Shown: positions 9,911-19,431 of the stretch, one piece after another
How the letters are laid out: each line of letters opens with the position of its first letter
How positions within the stretch are numbered: position 1 is the stretch's first letter
Assembly: GCA_965277715.1 (NCBI GenBank)
Contig: OZ255836.1
Location: forward strand, 4,000,001 to 4,064,000
Length of the DNA stretch: 64,000 bases
Direction of reading: 5' to 3'
Source of the DNA: Gammaproteobacteria bacterium
GTDB lineage: Bacteria > Pseudomonadota > Gammaproteobacteria > JBCCGL01
Translations under genes and position numbers: made by a program
The notes under the pieces: model-generated
The model's database searches: none
The model's input: the letters and a program-made list of their open reading frames with translations, nothing else
Told to the model about the DNA's origin: nothing

Positions 9911-11236
9911 ATGAAACTCGACATACTGCCCGCTAACGACAACAACAATGGCTGGCTACACCTGCTTGGTGAGTTACCGCCCCCCACCGTATTACAGACC
10001 GGGCAGCGCGCCGACTACGCCGTAGTTGGCGGCGGCTTTACCGGCCTGGCGGCGGCGCGGCGCCTCGCCGAACTGCGGCCCGATGCCTGCATCGTATTGA
10101 TCGACGCGGGCCGCATCGGCAACAACGCGGCGGGTCGCTGTTCCGGGTTTGCTATCGATCAGGCGCACAATATCCGCGCCAGTAGCTTTGCCGACGAAAT
10201 CGCGCACGAGAAACAACAGATCCAGCTCAACCGCGCCGGGCAGGCGGCACTGCAACAGGCCGTCGACGAACAGGCCATCGATTGCGATTGGCGCGACGAG
10301 GGCAAAATCCACGGCGCCGCTACGCCACGCGGTCGGCAACTGTTGCGGGACTTTGCCGGTAACCTCGATGCGCTGGGCGCAGACTACCAATTTCTCGATG
10401 CCGACGAGATGCAGGCGATTACCGGCCTATCGTTCTACCGCGAAGGTCTGTTCACGCCGGGCACCATGCAGATGCAGCCAGCGGCGTTGGTGCGCGGCCT
10501 GGTGGAGACACTGCCAGATAACGTCAGCGTCTACGAAAACAGCCCGGTACTCGAAGTCCACTACGCTGAGCGCGGCGAACCGCACACCCTGACGACAGCG
10601 ACCGGCAGCATCCGCGCCGACACCTTGATCCTGGCCAACAACAGCTTTGGCACCGCCTTCGGGTTCTATCAGCGGCACGTTATCCCACTGCCCACCTACG
10701 CCAGCATGACACGCGAGCTCAGCGATGCGGAACTCACCGCGTTAGGTGGGCGCGAGCGCTGGGGGATTATCCCCGCCCATCCATTCGGTTCCACCGTTCG
10801 GCGGTTGCCGCAAAAGCGCCTGCTAGTGCGCAATATCTACGCCTATTCACCGGGGCACAACCCCACCGAAGCACAGCGCCTGTGGGCGCGCAACAAACAC
10901 CGCCAGTCATTTCTGAACCGTTTTCCAATGCTGGCGCAGGTTGAATTTGAATATACCTGGGGGGGTACTCTGTGCTTGTCGGACAACGGTCAGCCCATTT
11001 TTGGCGAACTGCGCCCCGCTGTATTCGCCAGCCTGTGCCACAACGGTGTCGGCATCGCACGCGGCACTATTTGCGGTAAACTGATCGCCGAACACGCGTT
11101 GGGGCAAGATTCGGCGCTGCTCGATATCATGCGCGCTGCGGGCCGCCCCAACAAAACGTTACCGGCGTGGATGCTGCGCATCGGCGCCCCCATCAATCTG
11201 GCAAATCGCCGCCGTCAGGCGGGTTTGGAGTTATAA
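9911..11236 (+). CDS. FAD-dependent amine/amino-acid oxidoreductase (DAO / PuuB-like)
   Basis: VVGGGFTG Rossmann motif, AAGRCSG, YENSPV, EYTWGG. Confidence 0.85.
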   Translation: MKLDILPANDNNNGWLHLLGELPPPTVLQTGQRADYAVVGGGFTGLAAARRLAELRPDACIVLIDAGRIGNNAAGRCSGFAIDQAHNIRASSFADEIAHEKQQIQLNRAGQAALQQAVDEQAIDCDWRDEGKIHGAATPRGRQLLRDFAGNLDALGADYQFLDADEMQAITGLSFYREGLFTPGTMQMQPAALVRGLVETLPDNVSVYENSPVLEVHYAERGEPHTLTTATGSIRADTLILANNSFGTAFGFYQRHVIPLPTYASMTRELSDAELTALGGRERWGIIPAHPFGSTVRRLPQKRLLVRNIYAYSPGHNPTEAQRLWARNKHRQSFLNRFPMLAQVEFEYTWGGTLCLSDNGQPIFGELRPAVFASLCHNGVGIARGTICGKLIAEHALGQDSALLDIMRAAGRPNKTLPAWMLRIGAPINLANRRRQAGLEL

Positions 11237-11237
11237 G

Positions 11238-11993
11238 GTGTTAAACGAAAAAGTAATTTTGGTTACCGGTGCCACCTCGGGTATCGGCGAGGCGAGCGCT
11301 TGCCTATTGGCTAAGCAGGGCGCCCGCGTGATGCTGTTTGGCCGCTCTCGCAAGCGCGCCGAAGCGGTGCTCACGCGTATCGTCGATGCGGGTGGGGAGG
11401 GCGCCATCGCCATTGGTGATGTCACTCAGTCCAGCGCCGCCGATGCGGCGGTTGCGCAAACTATCGAGACCTTTGGTCATATCAATGGCCTGGTCAACGC
11501 TGCCGGTATGATCTACCGTGGCAACGCCGACCAGACCAGCGATGAACAGTGGCGCGACAGCATAGCCACCAACGTCGACGGTTCGTTCTTTATGTCGCGT
11601 GCGGCTGTACGGGCCATGCGTGGGGGCGGTGCCATCGTCAATCTTGCCTCCACCTGCGGCCTGGTCGGCGTTGCTGGCTTAACGGCTTACTGCGTCACCA
11701 AGGGTGCTATCGTGCAGTTGACCCGTGCGATGGCACTGGATCACGCCGCTGACGGCATTCGCGTCAACGCCGTCTGCCCCGGCGCGGTAGATACTCCTAT
11801 GTTAGTGTCTGGCCACGAGCGCAGCGGCGCCGATAAGGCCCAAGTGTTTGCCGGGAATATCGCCAAAATCCCGCTGGGGCGCATTCCCGGCCCGGATGAA
11901 GTGGCGCAGTTGGTCGCCTTTTTATGCAGCGACCTCAGCGCGCATATCACCGGCACCAATATCCCCGTCGACGGTGGCTATACCGCGCAATGA
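11238..11993 (+). CDS. Short-chain dehydrogenase/reductase
   Basis: TGATSGIG, NAAG, YCVTK, VDGG. Confidence 0.92.
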   Translation: MLNEKVILVTGATSGIGEASACLLAKQGARVMLFGRSRKRAEAVLTRIVDAGGEGAIAIGDVTQSSAADAAVAQTIETFGHINGLVNAAGMIYRGNADQTSDEQWRDSIATNVDGSFFMSRAAVRAMRGGGAIVNLASTCGLVGVAGLTAYCVTKGAIVQLTRAMALDHAADGIRVNAVCPGAVDTPMLVSGHERSGADKAQVFAGNIAKIPLGRIPGPDEVAQLVAFLCSDLSAHITGTNIPVDGGYTAQ

Positions 11994-12790
11994 GCGAGCG
12001 ATTGGCAGAGCGGATTGCGGTTGTTACCGGCGGCTCGCAGGGGATTGGCCGGGGAATCACAGAACGCCTGTTACGCGCTGGCGCGGCGGTGGTGATAGCT
12101 GACCGCAGACCGCCTGATGATTTCGACGACTGGCGTTCGCAAAGTACTCAAAAACTGTCCTGGATCGAGACCGATGTCAGCTCATCGGCATCGGTTCAGG
12201 CGCTGGCGACGGCGCTGAACGATACCTACGGTCGGGTCGATGTATTGATTAACAACGCCGGTATTATGTTTGAGAAGTCGCTTGAGGAGCAAAGCGAAGC
12301 GGACTGGGATCGTATGATGGCGGTCAACCTCAAGGGGCCGATGCTGTTGTGTAAATACTTATTGCCGTTACTGCGGGATGGTGTGCAGCGGCATGGCAGT
12401 GCCGCTATTGTCAATATCGGTTCCATTGAAGGGTTTGCGGGTAACCCCCAGCACACAGCGTACTGTGCCTCCAAGGGTGGCGTGCACGGTTTGACGGTGG
12501 CTCTGGCTATCGACCTCGGGCCGGAAGGGATTCGCGTCAATGCGATTGCACCGGGTTGGATCGATACCGATTTGAACCGTGCCTATGTTGAATCGGTCGA
12601 TGATGTTGCGCTGGCCAAGCGCGAATTGGCCAAGCTGCACCCAGTGGGGCATATCGGTGAGACCGGCGATGTTGGTGATGTGGCAGTGTGGTTGGCCAGC
12701 GATGAATCGCGCTTTGTCAGTGGGCAGGTGATTACAGTGGATGGGGCGCGGACGGTCAAGCTGTCGCTGCCGGGGATATTCGCCCATTAG
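11990..12790 (+). CDS. Short-chain dehydrogenase/reductase
   Basis: TGGSQGIG, NNAG, YCASK; ATG at 11990 overlaps the upstream stop (ATGA). Confidence 0.92.
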   Translation: MSERLAERIAVVTGGSQGIGRGITERLLRAGAAVVIADRRPPDDFDDWRSQSTQKLSWIETDVSSSASVQALATALNDTYGRVDVLINNAGIMFEKSLEEQSEADWDRMMAVNLKGPMLLCKYLLPLLRDGVQRHGSAAIVNIGSIEGFAGNPQHTAYCASKGGVHGLTVALAIDLGPEGIRVNAIAPGWIDTDLNRAYVESVDDVALAKRELAKLHPVGHIGETGDVGDVAVWLASDESRFVSGQVITVDGARTVKLSLPGIFAH

Positions 12791-12815
12791 AGAGTGTTGA
12801 AAGGTAACAATAAGG

Positions 12816-12945
12816 AATAGGACAGGCATTATATAGAGAAGGAAAAAGAATGGGACAGGCACTATATAGAAATATGCAAGCAGTACCCAGAATAGGCAAA
12901 CCTAAATTTTTTACCTATTTTGAGGGTATTCGGTGTAATGATCCA
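12816..12945. repeat. Two GGACAGGCA motifs plus ~90 bp shared with 62428-62548
   Basis: AATAGGACAGGCATTATATAGA and GGGACAGGCACTATATAGAAATATGCAAG...TATTCGGTGTAATGATCCA recur near 62.43-62.55 kb. Confidence 0.8.
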
Positions 12946-13038
12946 ATGAACGCGATAAGACGCCAGCCCAGCCGTTGGGTCTTGAATAATTTTAATCGAT
13001 ACTCTCTGTAGTCGATTTATCCGGAAATAAAACGTATA

Positions 13039-13434
13039 TCAACCATCAGGCTTTACCCAGGATAAACCGTCAACATAGGAAAAGTGGTGATCATAAGAGT
13101 ACAGGTCAGCGCCACTTTCCATGGTATGGGCCGCGATCCAGATATCGTTAGTCGGTATAGGTTTGCCTTTTTTTCTTAGGGCAGATGCTATGCGACCAAA
13201 TCGATCAGCTGTAGTATAGCCAGTAGATAATAGTTCCACGAAAGGATTGTTAAGAAACTGTGCCAGCACGGTACGATTTTTATCAAACCGATTGCCATTT
13301 CGAAAACCAAACAGCAGTTCGCCTACTACAGCGGTAGACATAAAAATCTTTTCTGCTTGTTTCACTTGTGCTGCTAACGTCGGGTTGCCGCGCATAATCT
13401 CGGAGTACACATTGGTGTCTAGAAGAATTTTCAT
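13039..13434 (-). CDS. vapC: VapC family PIN-domain toxin
   Basis: LLDTNV, VVGEL, PTNDIWIAA, YDHHF; ATG overlaps the antitoxin stop. Confidence 0.9.
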   Translation of the reverse strand: MKILLDTNVYSEIMRGNPTLAAQVKQAEKIFMSTAVVGELLFGFRNGNRFDKNRTVLAQFLNNPFVELLSTGYTTADRFGRIASALRKKGKPIPTNDIWIAAHTMESGADLYSYDHHFSYVDGLSWVKPDG

Positions 13435-13694
13435 CGCCACAGTTCATCGTCAACGGTATCCAAGTATTTAATATCACTATTGAATTGATCTGCTTCTTCA
13501 TCAGTCCATAGCCCTAAGAAGGGGGTCAATGAGTCACCTATAACGGGCTTCACGAAGACTTTAGGTTTAAGGCCGGTAGCCTGATGTAATAGCTTTAAGA
13601 CAGTTTTATTTAGTGAGGTATTCTCTGTTTCGGCGATATGCTGCAAACGCTGCTCAAGCTCCAGATCAAAACCTCTTAGTGTAAGTTGTTTCAT
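13431..13694 (-). CDS. Ribbon-helix-helix antitoxin (VapB-like)
   Basis: MKQLTLRGFD..L..IAE.ENTSLNK RHH-like N-terminus, acidic tail ending DDELWR; coupled to vapC. Confidence 0.8.
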   Translation of the reverse strand: MKQLTLRGFDLELEQRLQHIAETENTSLNKTVLKLLHQATGLKPKVFVKPVIGDSLTPFLGLWTDEEADQFNSDIKYLDTVDDELWR

Positions 13695-13711
13695 ATTAAT
13701 GATGCATCTAT

Positions 13712-13728
13712 TGACTCTATTTGAGTCA
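13712..13728. promoter_or_regulatory. Putative TA autoregulatory operator
   Basis: Inverted repeat TGACTC-N5-GAGTCA 17 bp upstream of the antitoxin start. Confidence 0.45.
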
Positions 13729-13737
13729 GTATATGAT

Positions 13738-14130
13738 TCATTCAAAAAACTGCAAGTAAAAGAATAAGACAGGCATAAAAGAGGAGCTGAGGGTTTCCCC
13801 CGCTTGCATTTTTTGAACCAACAGGGAGCCTTTGTGCAGGCTTAACCAGCGGTTGATAACTTCCTGGCCAGTTAGTGTATCGATTTGTTTTGGGTTGAGT
13901 TTAACGGTGAGGTGGTAATGATTGCTCATGATGGCGTAGGCGCACAGGTCAACGGCAAAGAGCGATGAGAGCAGTCGGATGCGGTCGACAATCCACTGAC
14001 GACGGTGTTCATAGTCGCGTTGAGTCAGTAAATCCAGCCCGCAGAGAAAGGTGCGCCGTACACAGCGCGATACGATGTGGTAGTAGGGGGTGTCTGATAG
14101 TGAGATTTGGTCTTTGCGGGGGCGGGTCAT
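13738..14130 (-). pseudogene. Truncated HUH Y1 transposase (RAYT / REP-associated tyrosine transposase family)
   Basis: YYHIVSRCVRR and AIMSNHYH (HUH); similarity ends near 13786 at an AGACAGGCA motif, so the catalytic-Tyr region is missing; TTGACA-N18-TAGGAT promoter upstream. Confidence 0.85.
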
Positions 14131-14436
14131 GGTCAGTTCCTTTAACGCTGGTTGGACGCCATCCTAAAAGAGAGTAAGGTTATCTGTCAATTATTTCATG
14201 CCTGTCCCAGGAGTTTCCGTCTCTATGCACAAGTTTATTGTGCGGGATGCTGGTGGTTTAGGGGGATGAGGTGTCAGGAGTAAACGCTAATTAAGCCATC
14301 CTTCGCTCAATGCAGGTACACCAGGTGGCACATCCTTGCCGTTCACCAAGTCAAATAATTGTCACCATGCATTTTTATCAATGTGTCTCTTCTGTAAGCA
14401 GTTGATTTGTTTGTTTTATCGATAAATATCGGGAAT

Positions 14437-14452
14437 TGGCACATAACTCGCA
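14437..14452 (+). promoter_or_regulatory. Sigma-54 promoter (-24/-12)
   Basis: TGGCAC-N5-TCGCA with exact GG-N10-GC spacing, about 40 bp before ATG 14491. Confidence 0.6.
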
Positions 14453-14490
14453 TTGTCAGTATCGAAACTAACACTTCGGAAGTGACGTCA

Positions 14491-15408
14491 ATGGCTATGA
14501 ATCTGTCGAATATTGCCACGGCAAAGCAGCGCAAAAAAACGTTTGATATTGTCTCTACAGACCGGGACTCGATCCAGCAGCAAGCCAGTAAAATTCGTGC
14601 CCTGCAGTTGAGTGAGAAGCTGTTTAAAACCTTGGATGTAAAGGTTTTGATCGATCTTTTTTTCGCTGAAATACAAACAGATATACCCCATGACAGCATT
14701 GGTTACTCAAATACCAAGTTGGGTATTTCGCTGTCATTGGGTAAGGTGTCCCGGCATCGAATGGAATATAACATTGTCTTAGCCGGGCAGGCACTAGGGG
14801 ATATTGTAGTCACCCGTGCGCGTTTATTTACCTCCAGAGAGGTAACACTGATGGAGAATTTGATGTGTAGCCTGGTGTATCCGCTACGCAATGCCAGCAT
14901 GTATCAATTGGCGATGATGTCGGCGTTTCAAGATCCGTTAACGGGGATTAACAACCGGACCTCGTTAGAAAAATCCCTGCCTCGTGAAGTCAATTTAGCT
15001 CAGCGCCATGGCACCCCTCTCACCTTACTGGTGGTTGATGTAGATCACTTCAAACATATTAATGATACGCATGGTCATCAGGTCGGTGATGCGGTGTTAC
15101 GTGATCTTACCAATGTTTTCTCAGAGAGCGTACGCACCACTGACCTGGTGTTTCGCTATGGGGGGGATGAGTTTGTGGTCGCCCTGAATAATACTGATAT
15201 TGCCGGTGCACGTGATGTGGCTGAGCGAATCCGCAGTGGTGTTGAGAAATGCCAGTTTAATGTAGGTAACGTGCGCCTGGTGTTGAGTACCAGCATAGGG
15301 ATGACAGAACTTAACGGCAGAGATACGCTGGAGAGTGCATTTCGCCGGGCGGATGAGGCACTGCTGCTGGCCAAGCGGGAAGGACGTAATCAGGTGGCCA
15401 AGGCATGA
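14491..15408 (+). CDS. Diguanylate cyclase (GGDEF)
   Basis: DPLTGINNR, DVDHFKHIND, RxxD I-site (RTTD), intact GGDEF. Confidence 0.92.
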   Translation: MAMNLSNIATAKQRKKTFDIVSTDRDSIQQQASKIRALQLSEKLFKTLDVKVLIDLFFAEIQTDIPHDSIGYSNTKLGISLSLGKVSRHRMEYNIVLAGQALGDIVVTRARLFTSREVTLMENLMCSLVYPLRNASMYQLAMMSAFQDPLTGINNRTSLEKSLPREVNLAQRHGTPLTLLVVDVDHFKHINDTHGHQVGDAVLRDLTNVFSESVRTTDLVFRYGGDEFVVALNNTDIAGARDVAERIRSGVEKCQFNVGNVRLVLSTSIGMTELNGRDTLESAFRRADEALLLAKREGRNQVAKA

Positions 15409-15589
15409 ATTTAAACACTGCAACGGGTAGTGCGTGTCGGTACTAACATAGGTTATATCAATGAGGTATTTGATAATCGAATTTGTTTCTCCCTTCAGAA
15501 TATGCCCCTGGCGTTTACTGGCGGGTATTTTGAGCGGTAATAACTGCGATTTTTAGCTTTAGGTAGTTTCTTTGGTGGGTATCCCTCTT

Positions 15590-15615
15590 AGCGGCGGTAA
15601 CGCCGCTCTTTTTTT
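15590..15615 (+). terminator. Rho-independent terminator
   Basis: AGCGGCG-GTAA-CGCCGCT followed by a T run. Confidence 0.75.
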
Positions 15616-15655
15616 ACCTAAACTTATTTAGCTTACCATCAAGCTCAATCTTTGA

Positions 15656-15692
15656 TTGACAATAGCGCCGCCTTATCGTAGATTGCGCGCCT
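15656..15692 (+). promoter_or_regulatory. Sigma-70 stable-RNA promoter
   Basis: TTGACA-N17-TAGATT followed by the GC-rich discriminator GCGCGCC, just before the tRNA. Confidence 0.8.
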
Positions 15693-15710
15693 TAGATAAA
15701 ACCGGTCTCA

Positions 15711-15786
15711 GTCCCCTTCGTCTAGAGGCCTAGGACACCGCCCTTTCACGGCGGTAACAGGGGTTCGATTCCCCTAGGGGACGCCA
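15711..15786 (+). tRNA. tRNA-Glu (TTC)
   Basis: GTCCCCTTCGTCTAGAGGCCTAGGACACCGCCCTTTCACGGCGG...GGTTCGATTCCCCTAGGGGACGCCA; cloverleaf with encoded CCA. Confidence 0.98.
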
Positions 15787-16238
15787 TTTGTTTTCCCGCC
15801 CAAATCTAACGGGTCAAACCCTGGGGCGGGAACATTCTGTTTTACACCAATGGCATTGATATACCTTCCTAATAAAGCCTATCTCAGGCGTTTACCCCAT
15901 TTGTTATTAATCTACTTTTTCGCGCTCTGTTGATACGTTGTTCGATGGCAGTATTTGGGTGTCAGTCTGGTTTTTGTATTGGGTTATGCAAAGTTACCTA
16001 AGTAATGCATAATTATGCAAGCTACGCATAAAAGTGCATAAATATGGATAATTGGCATTTTCCAAGCCCTGAGCTTGCCGGGCTAATCCTTCGTGTAAAA
16101 TGAATTCGTTGGGTGTTGCACTGGCTTGTTATAGAGCCACTATAGCGCGCCAGCGCGCCTTGTTCAGTGCCAACAGTGCAACGCGGAACCCGTCAATATA
16201 AGGTAGACGGTGTACTCGGTAACTTTTAGGTAAAAACA

Positions 16239-17273
16239 ATGTTTTCTTTTGAACAACTGAGACTACCCCTTATTCAAGCACCGATGGCCGGTGGCGTTAA
16301 TACCCCGGAAATGGTGGCGGGTGTCGCTAATCTCGGTGGCGTTGGCAGTTACGGTTTTGCTTATAGCCCGCCCGATAAAATCGCCACCGACCTACAGGCG
16401 GCACGGGAAAAGATTCACGCGCATAGCCAGGGTGTGATCAATGCTAACTTTTTTGTGTTTAGTGACGTTGAAATGCCTGAGCAGTCGTTACTTGAGTCGG
16501 CGTTAGAGAATCTTGCCACGGTATCTAACAGCGATGCCACCAGCATGCGGATACCGCAAGCCCCTTATTATCCTGATCTATGTAAACAACTTGAGCCAGT
16601 GTGGGAGGCGCGCCCGGAAATTATCACCTTTCATTTCGGCATTCCCGAACGGTCAATTGTACAGAAGGCCCACACACTGGGTATTGCTGTGGGTATCACA
16701 GCGACATGTGCCACGGAGGCTGAGCAGATTGAAGCCGCCGATGCTGATTTTATCGTTGCACAGGGTATCGATGCCGGTGGGCATCGTGGCATCTTCAGTG
16801 TCGATCAAGCGGATGAGGCCTTAGCGGTTTATCCATTGCTCAATGTACTGCGCAAGGCCAGTGCACTACCGCTGGTTGCGGCTGGAGGTATTATGAACCG
16901 GGATGATGTGCGTCAGGCACTGGATTTTGGTGCGAGTGCTGTGCAAATGGGCAGTGCTTTTTTGACCACGCACGAGAGTGGTGCCTCACCCGCACACAAG
17001 CGATATCTGCTAAGCCATGCTGATCGGGACGCCCGGATTACCTATGGGTTTTCCGGTCGGCCTGCGCGGGCTATTAACAATCAGTTTATTGAGCGTATGG
17101 CCGATAAGTACGTGTTGCCGTTTCCTTTGCAAAATACCCTGAGTGCTGCGATGCGCGCTGCGGCTGTTAAAAATGATGAGGGGGAATACCAATCAATGTG
17201 GGCGGGAACACATTTTAGCGAATGCCGGGAAGAAACGATTGAGATGTTGGTGGCAAGGGTTTTTCGGACTTAA
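16239..17273 (+). CDS. Nitronate monooxygenase family flavoprotein
   Basis: IQAPMAGG, QGIDAGGHRG, AAGGI, FSGRPARA, WAG. Confidence 0.9.
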   Translation: MFSFEQLRLPLIQAPMAGGVNTPEMVAGVANLGGVGSYGFAYSPPDKIATDLQAAREKIHAHSQGVINANFFVFSDVEMPEQSLLESALENLATVSNSDATSMRIPQAPYYPDLCKQLEPVWEARPEIITFHFGIPERSIVQKAHTLGIAVGITATCATEAEQIEAADADFIVAQGIDAGGHRGIFSVDQADEALAVYPLLNVLRKASALPLVAAGGIMNRDDVRQALDFGASAVQMGSAFLTTHESGASPAHKRYLLSHADRDARITYGFSGRPARAINNQFIERMADKYVLPFPLQNTLSAAMRAAAVKNDEGEYQSMWAGTHFSECREETIEMLVARVFRT

Positions 17274-18145
17274 AGCACTGAAACCGGTACACAAAAATCC
17301 AGATCAAATTGTTCGTTGTCGTCGAGAAATTGATTCTTTTGGTAGCGTGCGTAACCAGGGGTCGAGCCCAGGTTGTAGCCACTGCCTGGCAGCCACTGGT
17401 GGTAAAAAGTGTGGATCATAGGTAGCAGATCACCGAGCTGCCCGGTAACCCGCATTACAGCATAACTGCCGGCCGGAATTTTCAATAGGCCAATAGCCCC
17501 ATGTTTTAGGTTTGTTTGGTTTGTGGTGATACCGGCCACATAACGACACTCTGCCAATGGAATAATATCTGGATTAGAGTGGTGTAAGCCGATCATCTGC
17601 TCTGCCTGCCAGTCGATGCCGACTGTATATGCCCAGGCGCGCAAGTACTGCCAGGCGTTACAAATTGACCGGTCATACCCCAAGTGCCGCACATACGCTA
17701 TACGCTGTTCAGCGCACTGTTGGATGGCGATATCCGGTAGGGTGAGTGCGTCAACTTTTCCCATCCAGCCAGATTGCTGTTGCATCTGCACGCGATGCAT
17801 ATACGTCTGGTAACCCGATTTACGCCACTGCGAGGGAGCGCAACCGAAGTGTTTGGTAAACGCCTGTGAAAACGATGCAGGTGATTGAAAACCACAGTCC
17901 TGTGCAATCCTGATGACCGTTTTTCCCGTTTCAAACATTAAACGGTTGGCGGCGTGCTCCAATCGTGCACGGCGAATATAGTTGGCGACATTTGTGCCGG
18001 TTTGCTGTTTAAAGACACGGTGAAAATGGTGGGGTGAATAGTGTGCTTCTGCGGCGAGTTGCTGTGCGCTAAGCGGCGCGCCGATATCGCGGTGGATTCG
18101 GTAGATACAGTCGTTAATTCGATTCTGTTGCCAATGGGTTGTCAC
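17270..18145 (-). CDS. AraC family regulator with GyrI-like effector domain
   Basis: SPHHFHRVFK, GFQSPASFSQAF, CRYVAG; GTG at 18145 is the likely start. Confidence 0.88.
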   Translation of the reverse strand: MTTHWQQNRINDCIYRIHRDIGAPLSAQQLAAEAHYSPHHFHRVFKQQTGTNVANYIRRARLEHAANRLMFETGKTVIRIAQDCGFQSPASFSQAFTKHFGCAPSQWRKSGYQTYMHRVQMQQQSGWMGKVDALTLPDIAIQQCAEQRIAYVRHLGYDRSICNAWQYLRAWAYTVGIDWQAEQMIGLHHSNPDIIPLAECRYVAGITTNQTNLKHGAIGLLKIPAGSYAVMRVTGQLGDLLPMIHTFYHQWLPGSGYNLGSTPGYARYQKNQFLDDNEQFDLDFCVPVSVL

Positions 18146-18241
18146 CGGCTTATTAGCGCACAAATGGACATGTTGTGCCACACAAAACCATGAGAAACCT
18201 GCTTGGGCGCCGGTATACATTACCTCCACAGAGGGGGGGAT

Positions 18242-19402
18242 ATGACAACATTGGCACAATGTACTGGTAGTCTCAAACCATCGTATATTCGGGAAATTTT
18301 ACACGCGGCATCCAGTCCTGGCGTGATTTCACTGGCGGGCGGTTTGCCTGCCAGCGATTTGTTTCCAATGGATTTATTGCATGAAGCCGCGCTTGCTGTG
18401 GTGGCTGACACCAACACTTTTCAGTATGGTTTAACTGAGGGTGAGGTGGCATTACGTGATTGGATCAGTTCCTTTCATGATTTGGCACACACAGAGTGTG
18501 TGTTGATAACTACCGGCTCTCAACAGGCGCTGGATTTGATTGCCCGTGCGTATCTGAATCCGGGTGACAAAGTGTTGGTTGAAAATCCCTGTTACCTGGG
18601 TGCCCTACAAATTTTTGCATTGGCCGGGGTCGAGTGTATTTCAGTAGACCAACAGGAAGATGGCCCTGATCTCGATCAGTTGGCTTCATCGATTCATCGG
18701 CAACAACCCAAAGTTTTTTACGCTGTACCGGATTTTCACAATCCGACAGGGGTGTCCTGGTCGTTGCAAAAACGACGGTGTGTGGCCTCTTTACTGAACG
18801 ATAGCGGTGTTACATTTATAGAGGATTCACCGTATCGGGCGCTGCGCTATTCGGGGGACGAGCTACCACAAGTCTGTGATTTGTTGGTAGGCGATCGCTT
18901 CCGTTTGGGGTCTTTTTCTAAAACCGTTGCGCCCGGTCTGCGGCTTGGGTATGTCTGTGGGGATAACGCACTTATCCGGGCGCTGACGTTGGTAAAGCAA
19001 GCCAGTGATTTGCACAGTACCCGGTTAACGCAATTGATGACAGTAAAGTTGCTGCAGAGTGACCAGTTTCCCTGTCATATGGTGAATTTACAGCACCATT
19101 ACAAACAGCGGCGTGATGTGTTGGCGGCTGCGCTGGAGGCTCAGCTTGGTCATGTTGCGCATTTTGTGTTACCGGAAGGTGGTATGTTTATTTGGTTGGA
19201 AATGCCGGGTATTGATACGGATGCGTTGGCCAATGCTGCATTGCAACATAAGGTGGCTGTGGTGCCCGCGTCTGCATTTTTACCACCGGGGGCAAAGAGT
19301 GGTGCGGCATTGCGTTTGAATTTTAGCCATTCAATGCCGGGGCTGTTAGATGAGGCGGTTAAACGTTTGTTGTGTGCTATCGTTATGACCAGGCATCAAT
19401 AA
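18242..19402 (+). CDS. PLP-dependent class I/II aminotransferase
   Basis: ISLAGGLP, PDFHNPTG, IEDSPY, GSFSKTVAPGLRLG; ATG at 18242 after a G-rich RBS. Confidence 0.9.
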   Translation: MTTLAQCTGSLKPSYIREILHAASSPGVISLAGGLPASDLFPMDLLHEAALAVVADTNTFQYGLTEGEVALRDWISSFHDLAHTECVLITTGSQQALDLIARAYLNPGDKVLVENPCYLGALQIFALAGVECISVDQQEDGPDLDQLASSIHRQQPKVFYAVPDFHNPTGVSWSLQKRRCVASLLNDSGVTFIEDSPYRALRYSGDELPQVCDLLVGDRFRLGSFSKTVAPGLRLGYVCGDNALIRALTLVKQASDLHSTRLTQLMTVKLLQSDQFPCHMVNLQHHYKQRRDVLAAALEAQLGHVAHFVLPEGGMFIWLEMPGIDTDALANAALQHKVAVVPASAFLPPGAKSGAALRLNFSHSMPGLLDEAVKRLLCAIVMTRHQ

Positions 19403-19431
19403 GCTTTCGGCTTTTGATAAATGGATTCCAA

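Noticed and set aside
14326-14340. Second sigma-54 site TGGCACATCCTTGC
   Set aside because: GG to GC spacing is 9 nt, not the required 10
15711-15786. tRNA-Glu as an island integration site
   Set aside because: No adjacent integrase, and no duplicated tRNA 3' end noticed in the window
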